Source: Tubulanus polymorphus
Taxonomy: Eukaryota; Animalia; Nemertea
Reading direction: 5' to 3'
DNA: 64,000 nucleotides
NCBI RefSeq assembly: GCF_964204645.1
Contig: NC_134030.1
Location: 4,568,778-4,632,777, forward strand
The notes beneath the pieces are model-generated. The model was not told the DNA's origin and did not search any database. It saw nothing but the letters and a program-made list of their open reading frames with translations. Positions 57,609 through 64,000 of the stretch are shown here, one piece after another; position 1 is the first letter of the stretch, and each line of letters opens with the position of its first letter. Made by a program: the position numbers and the translations under genes.

Positions 57609-57966
57609 AGCCTAGCGCACATCGACACTGCGATTGGAGACAACTAGTTGTAAGGCAGTTTTCGGCGCATGAGAGGAACTGGCTGGATATGATCAGTTGC
57701 TTGAATGTGTCGATGTGAGTGAGCTTACGATTGGTAAGCGTCGATCTATCTCCAGTTCCAGCCAGTTGCCCATGTTCTACTTTTGAGCAACTGGTTGTAC
57801 TCAATCGCAGCCATATCCGTCGATGTGTGCGCTCTGGATCTCGACGATCGACACGCGCCATGCAGTTGCTGCAACTGACCGGTTGTAACTAGATTTCGAT
57901 GTGCGCGGGGTAATCGTTCGGTAGCAACTAGTTGTCTCCAATCGCAGTGTCGATGTGCGCTAGGCT
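57609..57966. mobile_element. 358-bp PIF/Harbinger-type MITE downstream of the CEP164 stop codon
   Basis: 42-bp perfect TIR AGCCTAGCGCACATCGACACTGCGATTGGAGACAACTAGTTG; 3-bp TSD TTA at 57606-57608 and 57967-57969; internal TCGATGTG and CAACT/AGTTG sub-repeats. Confidence 0.88.
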
Positions 57967-60900
57967 TTAGCTTCTGTATCGTGTATTTATTCATACGAAG
58001 CATGATATTTTGTTATAGGAAAAAACAGCTAGACAAACCAGAGATGTTAGCAGTATAGTTGTAATATTAACTTCATGGTATAAGTATATTAGTTTCGCTT
58101 ACTACTATCTGAATAATGCATGTTAATAGTAGCATTCGAGCTTCGGTTATTTGATTTAAATCTTTTGGTTTGCGAAATCTTAGAAAAAAATCCATCGACT
58201 TTTCGTATGCTTGTGATGAATATCTTTGGTGTTGAAATTACAAAGCTCTTAATTTTGGTGAATTTGGAGTATTAAGAATTGAATGAAAATGTGTAGATAG
58301 CTGCAGTTGTATGTGGCTTGATATTTGATGAATATTTACTAGCGCTCAATAGACTGAAAATATCGAAAATGATCCCTTACTACTTATTGAACTTTCTCTG
58401 GATAGTTATGTACAAGTACTTACAACTGCCAAATTATAATTTGAGTATTTTATACTTAATGTTTTGTTTGTATGGTATGATATTATTATGTTGTAGAAAC
58501 AGATTTTATTAATTTTTACTTTTATGTTAGGTAACTAGTTTTACTACAAAGACGGTAATTTAGAGAATGCCTTATTTATATTATATGTCGTATCACTAAT
58601 TTTTGTACGTATGTAGATTCCATGTCAAATGTTTTGATGGACAGTATTTACCTTCATTCTGGTTTAGATGATGTTAGTTTCACTACAGGAATTATAAGCA
58701 CAATTAGTAGACATTTACCAAGATGACTACCGGACCACAAACAAAGGCCTTCTTTAACATGTTTTCAATATTTTTCGGAAGAAGAATTGTCTTGTTTTCC
58801 ATTGAATGTGTAATTCAATTGGAAAAAACCCCAACACGCCAAACTCCTCTATTGCGGTAGTTTTTAGTTCATATTGTGGGTTTTTTTAAGAATTGTCTTC
58901 TTCACAAATCATAGCCTATTTTTCGTTGTTTTTCGAGTTTGTTTATACACCGGGTAGTGTCTTTCTAATCTATGTCTGTAGTTAATTTATTACTAATAGT
59001 AGTAGTAGAGTGTAGTAAAAGTCATCTTCTACCCAAACTTGTACGTGAATATATATTTATTCAAGTGCCTTGTCCAAGATCAGTCGGATAAATGTGAACG
59101 TTATAATCTTCTTTGCTTAGAAGGTTATTGGCGTCAGGTTTTTTCCGTGTAATCACCTTTCATGATTTTACTGTCGTGACGCGTGATAAATGTTTATGTC
59201 GGGTGAATAGAATTCATTGAAGTGTTGCGTACATGTCAGAGCTGACGTACGCCTTAGTATGATATCTTACTGATCGTTGATAATGGAACGTGAACTAACG
59301 CACAACGATATGTTATGAGAAATGATTAAAATGCGTTAGTCTCGAGTGGTCTTATTCGACCGCGGTTGAAAGAATTTAACTGAAGAATTATACCAGACAC
59401 CGACATGCGCCTGTACATGCTGCTGAGAGATTTAATCCATTCGAAATATTAATGCTGAAATATTTTGATGAAATAAAAGAAAAACATGTATCCAAAACAG
59501 TGATGTTATATTTATTCTATGGGAGTTTGATTTTACCCTTTGAGGGCAACTGAGCTCACAACTACTGCGATATTCAATCCTGTGCTGCCTTTCTTAAAAG
59601 ACATGAATGGATTTCTGGTTTTGTTATGCGACAATAAAACAGGTTTTTTAATTTAACGCACGATGGATATGGATTTCAAGTGACTACAGACTCGATAAAC
59701 TGAGAAAAACTGACTTGTTCATTTAGTCATAGTATCCATGGACACATACTGCTGTTTCTAAAAAATGTATCACTCATGGTAAGAAAAAACCAGGCAGTAT
59801 GGTATGTACCAAAATCTTGAGAGATGTCATATTTGTATTCTAACCATTGATGTGGAAATTTGTTGATTAAATCCAAATGATTTTCCATATTCTTGACAAT
59901 ATTTGACTGTTTTCATGAATAATCACAGTTGAATCATTGAATCATTTGTCTTTCATTCAATTATGACAATATTTCTAAAATCTTAATGACTAATTGGAGC
60001 GGACAAAGAGCATTCGTGTATTTTCAAGTGAATTGGGTTGGTTCTGATAACGTCATTGCAAATATGCCTTCTACGCGTACAATCAAATCATGTTCGAGAG
60101 CTGTTGTGAATTTTTTCATGTCAACAGACCAGATAATATGTAAATGGGTCATTACTATGTTCTTGTCACGCCAGGTATAGCAATGTATTAAACACCGGGG
60201 TAGGCGAGTTGTTCTTAACTATTAAACCCTGAAGGGCACGGCCCTTACGGTTTCATAACACGTTTTTATATAACAGAAGAATTTTCGACAAAATACCTGC
60301 CCCTAGCTTTATTCCTCTCATTGCAATGATTGGAATAAGATTAAATGTCGGCTACTGATAAGAAAATAATTTCATGCCAATACTATAAAACTTTTATGCC
60401 CAATTTCATTTAAATCAATAGTATCAATAATTGTGTTGAAACGCGTCTCACCTTGAAAAATGATGTCATAGATCAAAATGATTGAAGTGGTTTTTTCTAC
60501 GAACTGTTTATCTCCCTAACCAGACCCTCCAGTTAAAAAGATCGCTGATATAGCTTGTTTCAGTTTTTCAACTTCAGACTTAAAAAATTTTCTGATAGTA
60601 CACGTGCCAGTCCGCTGTTCTCATATCTTTTGGGACCGAAGTCATCCTCATTGTTTTCTCCTGTCACTGCCAAGCCAATTTATGTCCCGTCGATCAAAAA
60701 ACGAATGATCTAAAGAATATCGTCATCCCCACAAAGAAATGAATTAAATGCAAATGGTTTCTTGTTTATATTGTACACATTTTAATCTCTTGAGTGTTCA
60801 AGAAAACATCAGAGGCGAAACGCACAGCAAATACCCAGTATATTGTGTAACGGACATTATCATTGGATTCAGCAAATATGGACACGCGATGCAGTAAAAG

Positions 60901-61254
60901 ATGCCACCGCATACTAACATCGAAACATAATTTACATAAGAAAATATAGTGTAGATATAAAAAAACTTAAGTTTACACACTTGCTCGAAATAACACGAAC
61001 CTTGGATAAGTGGAGGCCGAAGAAAAGGATGTTTCTAGTTAATAAATTATCATCTATTTTTACAAAAACAACAATCGTATATATGTTTATCCTAAAATGG
61101 AACAAGTGATAAATCTAGGACGATCGATGCCCACTATTCAACGCGATACCAATCAGACTCCACAAATTCGTCATCATTCGGAATGCGGAGAAAATCTCTT
61201 TCCAAACAGTGAGTCCGAGGCGATAATTTTTTGGTTAAAAGTTCAGCTCAAAAT

Positions 61255-62400
61255 TTACAGGGTCTTTTGTTTTTCATCGTTAGCATGCTGTAAGACCGAT
61301 TCGACGAAACCATTTCGAGTGTCGTGAGTACCGTTAGTCAGCTTGGCCGTTCCATTACCGAGTACTTCAGCGTTTTTAAGCGCTTCCGCTTCTTTCGTGC
61401 GGTTGATCATCGTAACGCTGCGACCCTGCGGCCCCGAATACGGTTTGAACACGAAGTCCCACAGGACCTTCAGCCACGACGTATGGTACGGCAGATTCTC
61501 GTAGAACTCGGGCGCGATACGACGAACCTCCGGCAGTTTGTCGTACGTGATATACGGGAAGTCGTGATGCTCGACGTGGTAACCGACGTTGTACAAGATG
61601 AAATTCAGCGGTCCGTAATAGGAAATCGTAGCCGTAGTCTGCGAGTCGAATAGATAGTGCTCCGAGATGAAATGACCGGCCAGCGGATGGAAACCGAGCG
61701 CGAACAGCGTACCGATCACCAAATACACCAAGCTCTTCACGCCGAACATGTGCAGAATCCACGCGTTGAAAATCAACTGCACGAAAAAATTAATGATTTC
61801 GAGTCCGGAAATACGCTTCGGGCTTTTAATGAACGGCCGCACGGCGTGTATTAAAGGATGGATCATCAACCAGAATATCTTCGTGAGCGGATGACGGAAT
61901 AGATATGACTCGATGACCGTCGGGATATCGACGTCTAACGTATCGTGGCCCAACCAGCGGTGGTGATCGGTGTGGTAGCGTTTGTACGACACGGCCATCG
62001 GCACGCCTAGCGGCAGGTTACAGAACATGCTCAACGCCCGGTTCGCGAGCGGCCGACTGTGCCCGAACGCCAGATTGTGTCCGATTTCGTGTATAGCGCT
62101 TCCGAGCGAATGATTCAATACTCCGCCGAAACAATACGCTAATACGAATATCGTCAGCCAACTCGAGTTCTGTAACAGGTAACACATGACGATCTGGACG
62201 GCGACCTCAATCGATACATATACACAAATAGTCGGGTCGTAACCCATGAGTTTTTTGATTTGAGGATATTTCTTCAGAATTTCGCGACGTCTACTGACGT
62301 GTGGCTCCTGCGTGTACTCCCACTCGTCGTCGGCTTGATCGATTTTCATGCGTAACGTCACAGCTTGAAGGAATTCGCGGAAAACTGATTTCGACTCCAT
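61255..62400 (-). CDS. Sphingolipid delta(4)-desaturase / C4-hydroxylase family protein (DEGS1/DEGS2-like), 381 aa, uninterrupted ORF
   Basis: WEYTQEPHVSRRREILKKYPQIKKLMG (Lipid_DES N-terminus), His boxes HEIGHN, HTDHH and HVEHHDFP, plus HPLAGHFISEHY and SYYGPLN. A splice acceptor TTTACAG lies 9 nt upstream of the ATG. Confidence 0.95.
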   Translation of the reverse strand: MESKSVFREFLQAVTLRMKIDQADDEWEYTQEPHVSRRREILKKYPQIKKLMGYDPTICVYVSIEVAVQIVMCYLLQNSSWLTIFVLAYCFGGVLNHSLGSAIHEIGHNLAFGHSRPLANRALSMFCNLPLGVPMAVSYKRYHTDHHRWLGHDTLDVDIPTVIESYLFRHPLTKIFWLMIHPLIHAVRPFIKSPKRISGLEIINFFVQLIFNAWILHMFGVKSLVYLVIGTLFALGFHPLAGHFISEHYLFDSQTTATISYYGPLNFILYNVGYHVEHHDFPYITYDKLPEVRRIAPEFYENLPYHTSWLKVLWDFVFKPYSGPQGRSVTMINRTKEAEALKNAEVLGNGTAKLTNGTHDTRNGFVESVLQHANDEKQKTL

Positions 62401-63856
62401 GATGGCGATCTGTAAACGATATGAAAATACAAAAAGCGATTAAAATCTAGGCATATTTATTTCTATCATCATTCAACCTGATCTCACACTGTTAAGATAT
62501 GCTGGGCATCTATAAAAGGCTGGCTACCAGCCACCTATGCTTGTTACATAACTCTACTACTAGGTACTAGGTGTGTCAAGATGGGCGTCAACAAGCCACA
62601 GCAGGGAGTGCGATCTCCTTTCAAAAACAAATTCTGGCTGATTTGAGCCTGAATTTCTTAAGGGTAATTTGTGCTTAAAGCTTCCCACACCCAGATATAG
62701 TCGTCGAGGATCAGGTTATGTAAGTTCCCAACCCAAGTTAGCCAGCCGACGACATTTTTAGTTAGGTTGTTGACGACCCCAGTCTCCCGTCCCACCACCA
62801 CACATTGATTTGTAGTACCTTCTCAACTTATGCTTACCTCAAATTTGAATGCAGAATATCTGCGGTAAAAAAACTCAAGTGTCAGACTGCAATGACTGGT
62901 TGCTCTGATCAGGAATGTGTACGTGCCAGTAGAGTGTGCCTCTCTAGTACTACCGCTCTATTTGTTATAGCTGTCGCGTAGAGACTGTTACTGCCATCTA
63001 CAGGGCTTGATAGGAATCACAATGACGTAATGAATAACGCCTTACTCATTGGTTCTACCATCTACCGGAGCATTCCTGACTTGGTCCTCTATTTCCAGGG
63101 GTGGCTTTGCTTCCGATTCGTAGTATGCGGCGCGGGCCAATTGACTTCATAGTAGTTATTTCGATTAGAAAAAAAATGGATGGACCTATGTTTAAACGAA
63201 ACCGCATTTCGATTAGTCGATAATCGAAAGAAGCTATTTGAAGCACACTTGAACCACTGGGGCCTGTGACACGAGTGGTTCTTACTTTTCAAGGGTCAGT
63301 CTCTTATCACTCATTCACTCATCTTTATAACTCTTTGTTGAATTATCTTAATGTTAAAGTTAATAGTCATGAATAGTGTCATTAAATGGTGTAGGTATAT
63401 CTGCTGTAGATCCAACGCATCAATCTATCCGCCATCTATCGTATTCGCCACAGTGTTATCCATCCTCGCTTTGCCAGTGATTGGGGGCAGCCAAGCTCGG
63501 GCAAGCGAGGATGAAATGACCCTTAGCCTAACAGGGAATTTGTAATTAGGATATTTATTCTCTACATCTAATGAAACAGATTATGTTGCAACGGCCACTT
63601 TAATTAGGCCCGAACTTCAGGAATATATCTTATGAACTATGGGTCTCCGGTATACGAAGGACCGTTCAAAACTCCTCACAAGGGCCAAAGGTTTTCGTAG
63701 GTTACATATTTGGGTTGAAAGAATGCTTTCTTATGTAAATACATAACTTACCGACGTGATTCAATATTGAAAATCCTCATCAGAATAAAAATGCGACATC
63801 TGGTCACCTTAATCAGCTGACACTGCCATCCTGCGTTTAATATATGAATATCCGCC

Positions 63857-63870
63857 GTTGCTATGGGAGC
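63857..63870. promoter_or_regulatory. RFX X-box-like motif in a probable bidirectional promoter
   Basis: GTTGCTATGGGAGC lies between a minus-strand donor (63751) and a plus-strand donor AAG|GTAAGG (63978). Confidence 0.4.
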
Positions 63871-64000
63871 GACGTCGTTTTCGTTGTTTTGGAAATAACG
63901 CTGCAAGACGCGCATTTATTGACAGTCGATCTCTCGGATAGAACGCTGCACAATTCCGTAGATTCTGGGACTTGAAGGTAAGGCGATCTAAGAATGCCAG

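Noticed and set aside
61324-61854. Alternative-frame and antisense ORFs over DEGS
   Set aside because: Shadows of GC3-rich codon usage in the real CDS; no independent motifs.

Overview
AT-rich, intron-containing animal genomic DNA, probably from an invertebrate; the species cannot be fixed from the sequence alone. The left half (1-33.5 kb) has no recognisable host protein-coding gene. It is CpG-rich and homeodomain-motif-rich, and carries small transposon insertions. These include a young 965-bp 5'-truncated Penelope-like retroelement (GIY-YIG endonuclease, inverted pseudo-LTR, 14-bp TSD, minimal hammerhead ribozyme), a second solo hammerhead next to a palindrome, and several MITEs. The right half is gene-dense with short introns: three tandem minus-strand DEG/ENaC (ASIC-like) channel genes (33.6-43.1 kb), a head-to-head multi-exon CEP164 gene (44.4-57.0 kb) with an unexpected large acidic cassette exon, and a convergent sphingolipid delta(4)-desaturase (DEGS-family) gene whose catalytic ORF is uninterrupted. 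Exon models were built by hand from GT-AG sites and frame continuity; no database searches were run.
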